DNA of 64,000 bases from an uncultured delta proteobacterium (GCA_963752595.1 CAVVYZ010000015.1:32001-96000), one strand, 5' to 3'; shown: positions 50,490-62,416, numbered from the stretch's first letter. Numbers and translations are program-made. Notes: generated by a model not told the origin, from the sequence alone.

Positions 50490-51253
50490 TATCCGAACTT
50501 CCCTGACAGGTATTCTTCCGTCATCTTTTCTTTCGGGACCGTGAAGATCTTCTCGGTCTCGTCGTACTCGATGAGCTCACCCAGGTACATGAAGGCGGTG
50601 TAGTCCGATACGCGTGCCGCCTGCTGCATGTTATGGGTCACGATGACGATGGTGTACTCTTTCTTGAGCTCCAGGATGAGCTCCTCGATCTTCCGGGTGG
50701 AGATGGGATCAAGGCTTGCGCAGGGCTCGTCGAAGAGGATCACCTCGGGCTCGACCACCAGGCAGCGGGCAATGCAGAGCCTCTGCTGCTGTCCGCCGGA
50801 GAGCATGAGGGCGCTTTCATGAAGGCGGTCCTTCACCTCATCGTACAGGGCGGCTTTCTTCAGCGAGTCGATGACCTTGTGCTCGATGAACTGCTTGTCT
50901 CTGATCCCGTTGATGATGCAGGCCGTAGGCGAGTTGTCGAAGATGCTCTTGGGAAAGGGATTGGGCTTCTGGAATACCATGCCCACCCGGCGCCTCAAGC
51001 TCACGACGTCGGTCTTGGGGTCGTTGATGTCCGTGCCGTCCAGGAGGATCTGCCTTCGACCCGTGCACCCGGGATGAGATCGTTCATCCGGTTGAGGAGC
51101 CTGATGAAGGTGGACTTGCCGCAGCCTGAAGGCCCGATGAGCGCGGTCACCTGATTTTCATAGATATCGATGGTGATATTCTTCAGTGCCTGGTTCTTCC
51201 CGTAGATAGAAATTGACGTTTTCGGGCGCTGTATTTTCACGTCAGAGCTGCAT
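50489..51253 (-). CDS. pstB: Phosphate ABC transporter ATPase, multiple frameshifts
   Basis: [49 protein letters not shown] split over frames. Confidence 0.9.
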
Positions 51254-52179
51254 AGGTCTCCTTTGTCTCTGTCTGCAGGATGATCGCACAGGCCGCAGAT
51301 CGCCAGCACCAGGCACAACAGGATCAGTGCGCACCCGTAGGCGATTCGCGGTCTGTACCTCCGGATGGGTGCCTTCGGTCATGAGTGCATAGATGTGATA
51401 GGGAAGGGCCATGACCTCGGAGAAGATCGAATCCGGGTAGCCCCGCGTGTAGAAGGTTGCGGCGGTGAAGAGGATCGGGGCGGTTTCCCCGGCCACCCTT
51501 CCTATATTCAGGATCACCCCGGTGAGGATCCCGGCAAATGCCGTGGGGAGGACGATCTTCTTGATGGTCTGCCAGTGGGTGGCGCCCAGCGCAAGCGATG
51601 CCTCCCGGTAGGACTGCGGAACCGCCAGGATCGCTTCCTGGGAGGCGGAGATGATGCCGGGCAGGGCCATGATGCCCAGCGTGAGGCTGCCCGAGAGGAT
51701 GGAAACGCCGAAACCGAAGATCTTCACGAACACGGCGAAACCGAACAGGCCGAACACGATGGACGGAACGCCTGCAAGGTTGTTGATGCTCAGGCGGATG
51801 ATATTCACCATGACGGTTCTGGGCTGTACTCGCAGAGATAGATGGCGCATGCAAGCCCCAGCGGGAGGGCGAAGGCATCGCACCGAGGGTAAGGTAGAAG
51901 GTGCCCACGATGGCGGGAGCCACCCCGCCCTTTCGTCATGGCCCTCCGGGCACGTCGGTGATGAACTCCCATGAGATGACGGGCATCCCCCGTGAAGTGA
52001 TGAAGTAGAGTGATCGTGCCGAGGAAGAAGAGCGCGAACAGGATGCACAGCGGCCAGGAGCAGAAAGCCGAGGAACTGGGTGACATCCTTGCCCCGGAAG
52101 GTCTTCTTCCCGGTTCAGGGTCGATCCATTCGCGATTGAGGCCTTCCGGCACTGTCCGTGACATGGCCTTCATTCTCAT
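51242..52179 (-). CDS. pstA: Phosphate ABC transporter permease, multiple frameshifts
   Basis: [37 protein letters not shown]. Confidence 0.85.
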
Positions 52180-53095
52180 CTTCCGAGCCCCAGCTTCAGT
52201 CGGAATTTCCTGCTGATGACCTCGGCAACGATATTGATCATGAGCGTGATGAGAAAGAGGATCAGGCCTATGGCGAACAGGGCATGGAAGTGGGGGCTTC
52301 CCATGACGGCTTCGCCCATCTCTGCCGCAATGGTCGATGTCATGGGCCGTACCGGGTCGAATATCGATGCGGGGATCACGGCTGCACCGCCTGCAACCAT
52401 GAGAACGGTCATGGTCTCTCCCACGGCCCTGCTCATGCCCAGGATGATGGCGGTCGAGATCCCCGATCCTGCAGCCGGGACGACCACCTGGGTGAGCGTC
52501 TGCCAGCGGTTCGCGCCCAGCGCCAGTGACGCCTCCCGGAAGCTTCTGCGGTACGAAACTCAGGGCGTCCTCCGCAAGGCTCGCTACGGTCGGTGTGGCC
52601 ATGATGCCCAGTACCAGGCGAGGCGGTGAAGGCATGAGGCCGGTAGGGATTCCGAGCGGGTCCTGGAGAAAAGGCGCGACGACGACCATGCCGAAGAACC
52701 CATAGACGATGGAAGGTATCCCGGCAAGGATCTCGATCATGGGTTTCAGCAATGCCCGCTGCGAGTCGGTTGCCAGCTCATGGAGAAACAGCGCGGTGCC
52801 GATCCCTATGGGGACGCAGACGACCAGGGCGCCGAACGTCACCAGAAACGAGGCAAGGATCAAGGGGAGCATGCCGAATTCGGGAGGACTGTAGGTTGGA
52901 TACCACGACGTCCCGAATATGAGTTGAAAAATGATTGTATTGCGTGAATATGGGCAGCGATTCTCTGAACAGGGTCAGAATGATCCCGATGAGAAATACC
53001 AGCGACGCAAAAGCCAGGATGGTAAATACCCACCGGTAAACCGTCTCCCTGATATTCCGTATTGCATCACTGGATTGATCCCGGAAGTCTTCCAT
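52176..53095 (-). CDS. pstC: Phosphate ABC transporter permease, multiple frameshifts
   Basis: EILAGIPSIVYGFFG, LGMSRAVGETMTV.MVAG, LFAIGLILF. Confidence 0.85.
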
Positions 53096-53118
53096 AAAGA
53101 ACTTCTTAGAGGCTTTCT

Positions 53119-53156
53119 GTTAATTTTCAATTAAGATCAGGTGAATTTTTCATGAA
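53119..53156 (-). promoter_or_regulatory. Pho-box-like direct repeats upstream of pstC
   Basis: GTTAA 53119, ATTAA 53130, GTGAA 53141, ATGAA 53152: four units at exact 11-bp spacing. Confidence 0.75.
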
Positions 53157-53217
53157 GAAACGTTCTTAAGAGAGGATTGCTTTCGTGTTTTTTTAAAATA
53201 AAGCTTCAGTTTACCAG

Positions 53218-54944
53218 TCAGGCCGAGAGGGGAAGGGTGAGGGTGAACGTCGTGCCCTCATAGGGCCTGCTTGCTACCGTGACGGTCCCGTTATGAAGGG
53301 TGGCGATATGCTTGACGATGGCGAGGCCGAGCCCGGTTCCCCCAAGCTTTCCTGGACCTCGATTTGTCTACCACGTAAAATCGCTCGAAAATCCTGTTCA
53401 GATGCTCTCTGGGGATGCCGATGCCGGTGTCCGAGATCTGGACGACCGCATAGTTTCCGGGCTTCTCGATGTATGGTGATCCCTCCCTGCTCGGAATATT
53501 TCACCGCATTGTCGATGAGGTTGATGAAGCAGCTGCTCGAGCCTGAAGGGATCTCCCTTGATGACTATCCGGGGCTGATCCTTTTGTCGAAAGCCGCAGT
53601 CAAGGTCTTTTCGTTTATCCTCGGCTCGAAAATCGTCATCACATTTCGATAGGGGCCTTGAGGTGACCTCTGCTGCAATCAAGCTCGATCGTCCTTCGGC
53701 TTCGAGCTCGGGAGAGGTCGAGGAGATCGTTGATGATGTTGATGAGCCGGTCCGTATTGCGCTTATGATTTCGAGAGTATTCCGTCTTCTGTCCCGGGCG
53801 CTCTCCTCGCAGGGTCTCGGTGAAACCCTTTAATCGCCGTCAGGGGGGTTCTCAGCTCATGGGAAACATTGACCACAAGGTCTTTCTTGATCTTTTCGAG
53901 CCGCTTCATCCCGCTCATGTCATGGAAGCAGGACTATCTTGGCTTTGCCTGCACGGATGGGGGTGATGCTGCAGAGGTAGATCTTCTCTTCGAGCTCGAT
54001 CTCGTCGGTCCAAAGATTCACTTGGGCTTCGTCGACGAGGCGTTGAGCCGGGGAGACCTGATAAGTTCCCAATAGTATCTCCCGACCGCACGTGTCGAAC
54101 CGGTGAGGGTTCGGCGCTGCGTTGGTCAGCAGGATCTTACCCTCGGGATCGATGACGAACAGTCCTTCCTCCATGGAAGAGATGATGCTCTGGAGCTCTT
54201 CTTTGCTGTTGGAGAATTCGGAAAAGATTTTTCGAGCTTTGCCGTCATTTCATTGAAGCTCTCTGCCAGCTCCTGGATCTCATCGCCGCTTCTCAAGCTT
54301 ACTCGTGCTGAGAAATCACCTGCTGCAAGGCTTTTCGATGCCCTGCTCAGCTTTCTGATGGGCGTGGATATGATTTGGGTGAATACCAGAGCAATCAGTA
54401 GTGAAGAGAATATAATGCTTAAACCAAGTTCGAGCGTATGCTTTTTTACCGAATCCAGGAGGGGGTCGATGGCATTGAGCGGGACGCTCAGGCGCATGAC
54501 GGCTTCTGCTTTGCCTTCGGATTCCATGGGCAGGGCCACGTAGAGCATGTTGTGCTTCAGGGTTGTGCTGTAACGGATGGAGCTGCCCATCTTTCCTGCA
54601 AGAGCGGCCATAAACTCGGGCCTGTTTCCATGATTCTCCATGGTCTGCACCGGGTGCTCCGAGTCGGCAATGACGGTTCCTTTGCTGTCTATGATGGTGA
54701 TGCGGACCTGGATATCTCCATCGATTCTCTTGATGGATGTGTTGAGTTCATCGATGCGGCCCTGCTGCAGGAGCGGGGTTGTCACGTACCGGAGCGACCT
54801 TCCGAGTTTCCCCAGGTTGTCTGTGGAGGTCTCCACAGCGTGCGAGCTGAAAGCACGGAAAACGATGGCCAGGATAATGCCCGAGATTGCGACGATCAAT
54901 AAGAGGTATGTCAGGTAGAGTTTGAGAAATATGGGCTTCTTCAT
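53218..54944 (-). CDS. phoR: Sensor histidine kinase PhoR (HAMP-PAS-HisKA-HATPase), multiple frameshifts
   Basis: [19 protein letters not shown]; [19 protein letters not shown] and [10 protein letters not shown] recoverable across frames. Confidence 0.85.
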
Positions 54945-55618
54945 TCTTCCAGCTTGTACCCTATTCCCCTGATGTTGGCGATGAGCTTACCAACTTCGCC
55001 GAGCTTGTCCCTGAGGTTCTTCACATGGACATCCACGGTTCTGTCCAGGACAGCCTTTTCATTTCCCCAGAGATGGTCGAGTATCTTTTCCCGGCTGAAC
55101 ACCCTTCCCATATTCGAAGCGAGCAGGTAAAGGATCTTGAATTCAGCCTGGGTGAGTTGGATGTTTCCGGCGCTCGTCTTTACCTCGAAGCGCTCGGGAT
55201 CGATCGTGAGAGAATCTCCTACCGAGATCGGGCCTTCAAGGTGATGCCCGCTTCTCCTGAGTACCGCCTTCACCCTTGCCGTGAGCTCTCTGGGTGCGAA
55301 GGGCTTGGTGATATAATCATCGGCACCGAGATCGAGGCCGGTCACCTTGTCCGTCTCCTGGCCTTTGGCCGTAAGCATGATGATCGGGATATGAGAAGTA
55401 GCCCCGTCTTTCCTGATATCCCTGCAGAGCTCGAACCCGTCGGCATCCGGGAGCATGAGGTCAAGGATGATGAGGTCGGGCTTATGCAGCTGCAATGATT
55501 GGACAAAGCCTTTGGCATCCGTATACCCGCTGACGGCAAAACCTGCCCTCTCGAGGTGGAGTGTCACCAGATGGAGGATATCCGGTTCATCGTCCAGTAC
55601 GAATATTTTCGTGCTCAT
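54941..55618 (-). CDS. phoB: OmpR-family response regulator PhoB/PhoP
   Basis: LDDE, LDLMLP, MLTAK, GADDYITKPF, RTVDVHV..LR.KL, RGIGY; adjacent to phoR-pst. Confidence 0.88.
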   Translation of the reverse strand: MSTKIFVLDDEPDILHLVTLHLERAGFAVSGYTDAKGFVQSLQLHKPDLIILDLMLPDADGFELCRDIRKDGATSHIPIIMLTAKGQETDKVTGLDLGADDYITKPFAPRELTARVKAVLRRSGHHLEGPISVGDSLTIDPERFEVKTSAGNIQLTQAEFKILYLLASNMGRVFSREKILDHLWGNEKAVLDRTVDVHVKNLRDKLGEVGKLIANIRGIGYKLEE

Positions 55619-55832
55619 ATGTTCTCATGTCCCCTGGAGAGAATTCTCCCGCTTGCCCTAAAGATAGATTTAAATGCCGTCTTATGCAACGGTCTTTTCA
55701 GTTCTCCCCGACAGCACGATAAAAAGGGTTCTGGGGAGAGATGCTGATAACTCAATTTATTAACATATTCTTCACACTTCCTTGAATCATGTTTGACAGA
55801 TAAAGTATCCCGTCTTGTGGTAAGAGGGTGAC

Positions 55833-56513
55833 ATGGCCATAAAGGGAAACATCAAAACGATACTCTCCTCTTTCAATGATCCTGTGAGCGGGCTAACCCA
55901 TTTCGTCGGTGCCCTGCTGTCAGTCGTCGGTCTCGGCTTACTCATATGGAAGACGACGCATCCCTTCAATGCAGTGCATCTTGCAGCCTGTGCGGTCTTC
56001 GGACTCGGCCTGATCCTGCTCTACTCGGCCAGCACACTCTACCACTTGCTTCCCCTGACGGACAAAGGAAGGGTGGGTTTACGCAAGCTCGATCACATCA
56101 TGATCTTTGTGCTCATTGCATCCACCTACACCCCGTTCTGTCTCATTCCTTTCAGGGATTCATTCGGGTGGGCGATGTTCGGAGGTGTCTGGACCATTGC
56201 AATACTGGGAACGGCATTCAAGATTTTCTGGATCCATTGCCCCAGATCGATATCAACGCTGCTCTACGTTTCCATGGGATGGATCGCCATAGCCGGAATC
56301 CGCCCGATCTTGCGTATCCTCGAGCCTTGGGCATTGTTCTGGCTCGTCTCAGGCGGTGCACTCTACAGTATCGGCGCAGTCATCTATACATGTAAAAGGC
56401 CGAATCCGATTCCCCGCTGGTTCGGGTTTCATGAAATTTTCCATGTCTTCGTCATCCTCGGCAGCCTTTCGCACTTCTGGGTGATTTATAAATACATAAC
56501 AGCTTATGCCTAA
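55833..56513 (+). CDS. Hemolysin III / PAQR family membrane protein
   Basis: THFVG, ASTLYH, LDHIMIF.LIA.TYTPF, FGFHEIFHVFV. Confidence 0.92.
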   Translation: MAIKGNIKTILSSFNDPVSGLTHFVGALLSVVGLGLLIWKTTHPFNAVHLAACAVFGLGLILLYSASTLYHLLPLTDKGRVGLRKLDHIMIFVLIASTYTPFCLIPFRDSFGWAMFGGVWTIAILGTAFKIFWIHCPRSISTLLYVSMGWIAIAGIRPILRILEPWALFWLVSGGALYSIGAVIYTCKRPNPIPRWFGFHEIFHVFVILGSLSHFWVIYKYITAYA

Positions 56514-56568
56514 AACGGGATATGGATTGATCCTTTACCTTCATTCGATGAAATAAACAAAAAAATAA

Positions 56569-56593
56569 AAAGGCCGGGATCTATCCCGGCCTT
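56569..56593. terminator. Terminator between convergent genes
   Basis: AAGGCCGGGAT-CT-ATCCCGGCCTT with flanking A-run (T-run on the minus strand). Confidence 0.75.
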
Positions 56594-56619
56594 ATCAATC
56601 TTTTCTCTGAAATTATAGT

Positions 56620-57306
56620 TTAATCCTGTTTCTGGAACCTTTGCCTTAATTTTGCAATACCGATTAAACCGGTTCCCAGGAGAAGCATTGTTGACGGCTC
56701 GGGAACAGGTGCACCGGGAACAGAAGTACTATATTCTCCGCCTGCTCCGACATTCTGAAACCGGATGTACCAGTCGGATATATCGCCGGGGTTTCCTGAG
56801 AAGATTATGTTAAGCGTTGCAGGAGTCTCAAAGAGATTGCTGCCGGTATAGCCCATTGCCAGGGGATTGATCAAGCCGTACTGGACCCCGTTTGTCGTTT
56901 TCGGAATAAAGTCGAATTTCGTACCGCCGGAACCTTCCAGTACGGGTTTCTTCGAGAACGTCCAGTTGTTTGAGATATCCGTGTAGTCCCCCGATCCTTC
57001 TCCTTGAACCAGACTGAAAGCGAGCACATCGAGGTCGGTGTGTTCCACATCGGCTGATGCATTAAACCCAAGCGCTACGATTGCCGGAGAATTGGAATTA
57101 TCCAGACTGTCGACAAGAGGAGATGTATTATTCAGTATAATGCTCAGTGTGTTTCCCGTAATGGTGTAATCAAGAAATGCGCTTACCGGAGCCGTATATC
57201 CATTCGACCCGGTATAGTCGCCTGAGAAGCTGACAGAAAGACAGAATGCCGGTACTGATACGCCAAGCGTACATAATGCCAGCACAATGATGCGGACAAA
57301 ATTCAT
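56620..57306 (-). CDS. PEP-CTERM sorting-domain protein
   Basis: Signal peptide; Asn/Ser/Thr-rich body; C-terminal VPEPSTMLLLGTGLIGIAKLRQR; AAGGAG SD favours ATG 57306. Confidence 0.93.
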   Translation of the reverse strand: MNFVRIIVLALCTLGVSVPAFCLSVSFSGDYTGSNGYTAPVSAFLDYTITGNTLSIILNNTSPLVDSLDNSNSPAIVALGFNASADVEHTDLDVLAFSLVQGEGSGDYTDISNNWTFSKKPVLEGSGGTKFDFIPKTTNGVQYGLINPLAMGYTGSNLFETPATLNIIFSGNPGDISDWYIRFQNVGAGGEYSTSVPGAPVPEPSTMLLLGTGLIGIAKLRQRFQKQD

Positions 57307-57344
57307 AGGTGACTCCTTCTCTGAGTAAATCATAGCAATCCTTC

Positions 57345-57360
57345 AGCAATATAAATGCCA
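57345..57360 (-). promoter_or_regulatory. sigma54 -24/-12 promoter
   Basis: TGGCAT-TTATA-TTGCT on the minus strand, about 40 nt upstream of the PEP-CTERM gene. Confidence 0.8.
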
Positions 57361-57471
57361 AAGTATAACATTAAAGAAATACAGTGCTAATTCAGATATG
57401 TCTCGATATTGCTCATGAGATAAGGGAAAAACAATTCCATGTTATTATACATATTATTCTTTCTCGACCCA

Positions 57472-58941
57472 TCAAAACTTCCCTTTTTTGATCTGTTCGA
57501 CCTTGTTCCAAAACTCCTGCTCTTTTTTCTCAATAGTCCTGCAGCATGTGATGACATTTCGTAAACCAAGGATATTAATGCCATTGTCACCGAGGATGCC
57601 CCCGATGTTCTCCTGGTCGCGTGTCATACATGCGAGGGCAAGAGGTGAATGGACGGCATATACGATATCATTAGGCTTTACACAGGGGATGAAGGGAAAA
57701 GAATTACCCTTAAGGGTTTCAATGGCTGATAATACATCCTTCCTGTCCGGGAATGTAAAGATACTGAGTTCCCTGCCTTGAGAAACGCGGGAGAATTCTC
57801 TGATCCTGCTAACCGCTTTCTCCAGGCATGCTGCCATGTGTCTGATCTCTTTCTCTTTGTTTTCCCAGCCAAGACTCAGCCGAACGGCGTCACAGGTATT
57901 GTGCAAATCAACATGCATTGCCTCCAGGACATAGGAGAAATCTTCGCCGTAATCCTTGAGGGAGGAGCCCGACGAAACGACGATGTCCATGGAATCAAGA
58001 CAGGCGGACATTGAATCACCGGTTACTCCTTCAAAGGATACACACAGTATATGCGGTAACCTCGGGGCATCGAAACCATGAATCATTGCCCCTGTTATCC
58101 TGCTGGTTATCTGCTGTTCAAGGGATTCCCGCAGAGATGTCATCAGGATGCGGTTATTCTCGAGGTCCCTTTGCGCCACGCTGCAGGCTACCCCGAATGC
58201 GACGATCCCCGGGATGTTCGGGGTGCCCGGCCTCAGGCCCTTTTCCTCTCCGGAACCGGAAAAGACAGGAATTATCTCCGCGCTGTTCCGTACATAGAGC
58301 GCCCCTACTCCTTTGGGGCCGTAGAGCTTGTGGGAGGACAGAGTCAGGAGGTCAATGGGAAGCTCTTCAACATTGATAGGGATCTTACCTGCACTTTGTG
58401 CTGCATCTACATGGAAAGCGATCCCTTTTGCATGCGCAGCGGCACCGATTTCTTTTATGGGCTGGAGTGTTCCTACTCCATGGTTTGCGTGCATGATGCT
58501 GATGAGAAGGGTGTCTTTGCATATCGCTTCCTTAACGGATTCGGGATCGACTCTTCCCTGGTTGTCGACAGGCACACATGTAACTCGGAAACCTTCACGT
58601 TCCAGGTGCCTGCAGGTATGAAGAACCGAGGGATGTTCTATGGAGGAGGTAATGATGTGGCTTCCCTTCGATCCCTTGGCATATATCGTACCCAGAATGG
58701 CGAGGTTGTTTGATTCCGTTCCCCCGCTGGTGAAGACTATTTCCTGCGGCCTGGCATTGATGAGGCAGGCTACCTGTGAGCGTGCTTCGTCCATACCCCG
58801 TTTCGTCCTTGATCCAAGGTCTGAAAAAGAAGCCGGCAGTCCGAAGTGATTTCCGAAATAGGGAAGCATGGCACCCAGGGCATCCGGGTGAAGCGGGGTG
58901 GTGGCCGCATGATCGAGAAACAGTTCTTTTGCGTGAGACAT
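57472..58941 (-). CDS. NifS/IscS-like PLP enzyme lacking the catalytic Cys, with C-terminal DUF3343-like extension
   Basis: LDHAATTP, FTSGGTESNN, IEHPSV, HVDAAQ, SSHKLYGPKG present; SSGSAC replaced by SSGSSL. Confidence 0.82.
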   Translation of the reverse strand: MSHAKELFLDHAATTPLHPDALGAMLPYFGNHFGLPASFSDLGSRTKRGMDEARSQVACLINARPQEIVFTSGGTESNNLAILGTIYAKGSKGSHIITSSIEHPSVLHTCRHLEREGFRVTCVPVDNQGRVDPESVKEAICKDTLLISIMHANHGVGTLQPIKEIGAAAHAKGIAFHVDAAQSAGKIPINVEELPIDLLTLSSHKLYGPKGVGALYVRNSAEIIPVFSGSGEEKGLRPGTPNIPGIVAFGVACSVAQRDLENNRILMTSLRESLEQQITSRITGAMIHGFDAPRLPHILCVSFEGVTGDSMSACLDSMDIVVSSGSSLKDYGEDFSYVLEAMHVDLHNTCDAVRLSLGWENKEKEIRHMAACLEKAVSRIREFSRVSQGRELSIFTFPDRKDVLSAIETLKGNSFPFIPCVKPNDIVYAVHSPLALACMTRDQENIGGILGDNGINILGLRNVITCCRTIEKKEQEFWNKVEQIKKGKF

Positions 58942-59161
58942 AGGTAGCCCCTTACTCAGCGAGTTTTCCGGTGTTTCCTCTGTGAGAAAAATACAAGACG
59001 AGAATCTTCGCCACATATCCCCCTCTGATCCATTTTATTGAACTACTATATGATTAGAAATAATGAGATGTACTAGCATCTTCAAGGAATTTTCTCGATG
59101 ATGCTTTTTTCATGCAATCTTTCATGGTATAGCCATCCTGATAGAGGAGTGGCATGGTGTT

Positions 59162-62100
59162 ATGCAGGGCTTAAGACTCTTCGCCGGAAATCTACTGGAG
59201 AATCTGGCAAAAAAATTGGCTGATAACCTGCATGAACCGCTTTCCTCCCCCTTTGAAAAGGAAATCATCGTAGTACAGAGCAAGGGCATGGAGCACTGGC
59301 TGTCCATGCAGCTTGCAGAGCGCCACGGCATCTGCTCCAACTGCTCTTTCCCCTTCCCCAATACCATGATGGACTATCTCTTCCGGCTCGTGCTTCCCGA
59401 TATGCCCGAAGAATCCCTCTTCGACAGGGGTTTCATGTCCTGGAGAATCATGAGCCTGCTGCCCGGCCTCGTTGAGAATGCCGGTTTCGAGTCCATGCGG
59501 TCCTACCTCCTGGACGATCCGAAAGGCATGAAGCTCTACCAGCTCAGTGACTGCCTCGCCGATATCTATGACAGCTTATGTCGTGTTCCGGCCCGAGATG
59601 ATGATGGGCTGGCAGGAAGGCAGCCGTTCCATGCCCGATTCCGCAGGCCGGCTCGAGGCCTGGCAGTCGCAGCTCTGGAAAGCCCTTTCGCAGGACCATG
59701 CCCATGAGCACATGGCAGCGTTGAGAGAACGTTTCCTTTCAGCCCTGAACTCTTCGAGCACCCGGTTCCTCCCCGGAGAGGATTTCCCTGTTCGGAATAT
59801 CCTATCTCCCCCCGTTCTACCTGGAAGTATTCTATGCCCTGTCCTTCTTCATCCCCGTGAATTTCTATCTCCTGAATCCCTGCAGGCAGTACTGGGGCGA
59901 TATCCGCTCCAGGAGCGAGATTGCGAGGATGACCATCCTGTACCGGGAAGCTGCCCAGGAGCTGTACCTCGAGGAGGGAAACAGTCTGCTCGCCGCCTTG
60001 GGAGCGGTTGGGAGAGACCTCTTCGACATCATTGCAGGATTACGAGCCCCAGGAGTTCGATGCCTTCAGCGACGCTCCCTCAGAAACGCTCCTCGGGCGC
60101 ATCCAGGGAGACATTCTCGACCTGGTGAACCCGAAGCCGGACGACGCCGCTCCGATCGGCCCGTCCGACACTTCAGTCCAGATCCACTCCTGCCACAGCC
60201 CCATGCGGGAGATCGAGGTCCTCAAGGACAACCTGCTGGCCCTCTTCGACGAAGACCCGGGTTTGAGGCCTGAGGATATCGTGGTCATGTCGCCCGAGAT
60301 CGAGAAATACATGCCGTTCATACAGTCCGTGTTCGATGTGCCGAAGAGCTCCCGTGCCTACATACCCTTTTCGATCGTGGACCGCTCCCTCAAGACGTCG
60401 AGCGCCCTTGCAGATGTCATCCTGGCCATTCTCGACTTGAGTCTGAGCAGGTTCGAGGCATCGAAAGTGCTTTCCCTGCTGGAGTCCGAACCTTTAAGAA
60501 AGCGGTTCGGCTTCCGCGAGCCGGACCTGGAGCTCATCCGGCGCTGGGTGTGGGAAAGCGGGATAAGGTGGGGCCTGGATGCCGGCTGGAAGCTAACACG
60601 CGGGCTGCCGGATTTTCGTGAGAACACCTGGGACTTCGGGCTCGACAGGCTTCTCCTCGGGTACGCCATGACCTCGGACGGCCGTCTCGGTTTCGGGTCG
60701 ATCCTCCCTTATGACGACATCGAGGGTGACAGCTCACAGATCCTGGGGTCGTTCCTCACCTTTATCACCAACCTGTTTACCCGCATCAGGACGATGCAGG
60801 AGCCGCATTCCCTCAAACGCTGGTCGGAAGAGCTCATGGGGCTGCTGGACGAGTTCTTCGATATCGATGAGTCTGCTGTGCCCCAGGCACGGGCGATCCG
60901 CTCGATCTTTACCCATATATCGCAGATCCGGACAAATGCCCGATTCGATGGGGATGTAAGTCTCGAAGTGATACGGGCGTACCTGAAGCAGACGTTCGGA
61001 GCGATCGAGGAGGGGAAGAATTTCCTTTTCGGAGGGATCACCTTCTGTGCCATGCTGCCGATGAGGAGCATCCCGTTCAAGGTCGTGTGCGTCCTCGGCA
61101 TGAATCATAATGATTTTCCGCGGCAGCAGCGCGCAAAGGGGTTCGACCTCATAGCCCACATGCCCCGCAAGGGGGACTGTCACCTGAGGAACAAGGATCT
61201 CTACCTGTTCCTCGAAGCCCTGCTGTCGGCCCGCAAGGTATTCTACGTGAGCTACATCGGGCAGAACATGCAGGACAACTCACCCATTCCGCCCTGCGTG
61301 CCCGTGAGCACCCTCCTGGACTACCTCGAAAGCGGATACCGTACTGAAGACGGCCGCCCCGTCAGGGAAGCCATGGTGAGAAGACACTGCCTTCAGGCAT
61401 TCAATCCCCGGTACTTCGCCGGTTATGACGGCCTTTTCAGTTACTCGGCGGAGAACGCGGAAGCTGCCGCCCGGCTCATCTCTCCTGAAAAGCAGGAAAG
61501 GAAGTTCATTTCCGGGAGACTGACCGAACCGGGAGATGAGTGGAAGACCATCGACATCGCAATGCTCTGCGAGTTTTTCCGGAACCCCTCGAAGTTCATC
61601 CTTAAGAGGAGACTTGCAATGGCCCTCCCCGGGAGTTTCTTGGGCCCCGATGACCTCGAGCCCGTCGACCTGACAGAGCTGGACCTCTACCAGCTCAGGC
61701 GGGACCACATCACTCACCTCCTCGAAGGGATCGATTGCGACAGCTCCTTCGAGCTCATCCGGATGGGAGGGTATCTCCCCCACGGAACGCCAGGCGATAT
61801 CGTGTTCTCCAGGATACGGCAGGAATCGGACTCCTTTGTCCGGACCGTCAGGAACTGCATTTCGAACGCAGAGCCCGTGACCAGGCTCATCGATCTGCAG
61901 TTGAAGCCCTTTACCGTCACCGGCAGCTTAAGGACCTACGGCCGGGACAAGATAATCCTCTGCAGGCCGGCAAATGTGAAGGCGGCGTATCTTTTCACGG
62001 CCTGGATCCACCATCTCGTCCTGTGTGCACTGTCTAAGAGCCCTGAATGCAGGAGCTACTATATCTCACGGGATGAAACCGTCGAGTTTACCGCTGTCAA

Positions 62101-62416
62101 GAACAGCCTGGACATGCTCGAAACGATCCTGAGCCACTTCTGGGAAGGCATGGCCCGGCCTTTGCCGTTTTTCCCCGAGACCTCGTGGAAGTATGCAACA
62201 ATGAGCTCGGGAAAAACCGGCTCCGTACCGAAGGAGGAAAATCTGCAAAAGGCACGGCTCGTCTGGGAGGGAGACCAGTATAGCAGGAATGAGTCGGAGG
62301 ATTTCTCCTACCGCATCTGTTTCCAGGGCAGAGACCCGCTCGATGCCGAGTTCGAGCAGATTTCCCTGTCTCTTTTCGGCCCGCTCATCGAACACCGGAA
62401 ATCGATCCTGTCATGA
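59162..62416 (+). CDS. recC: Exodeoxyribonuclease V gamma subunit; about three frameshifts in 59.5-60.1 kb
   Basis: N.LE.LA, IVVQSKGM..WL, NPCRQYWGDI, HSCHSPMREIEVL, GIRWG, PMRSIPFKVV..LGMN. Confidence 0.92.
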
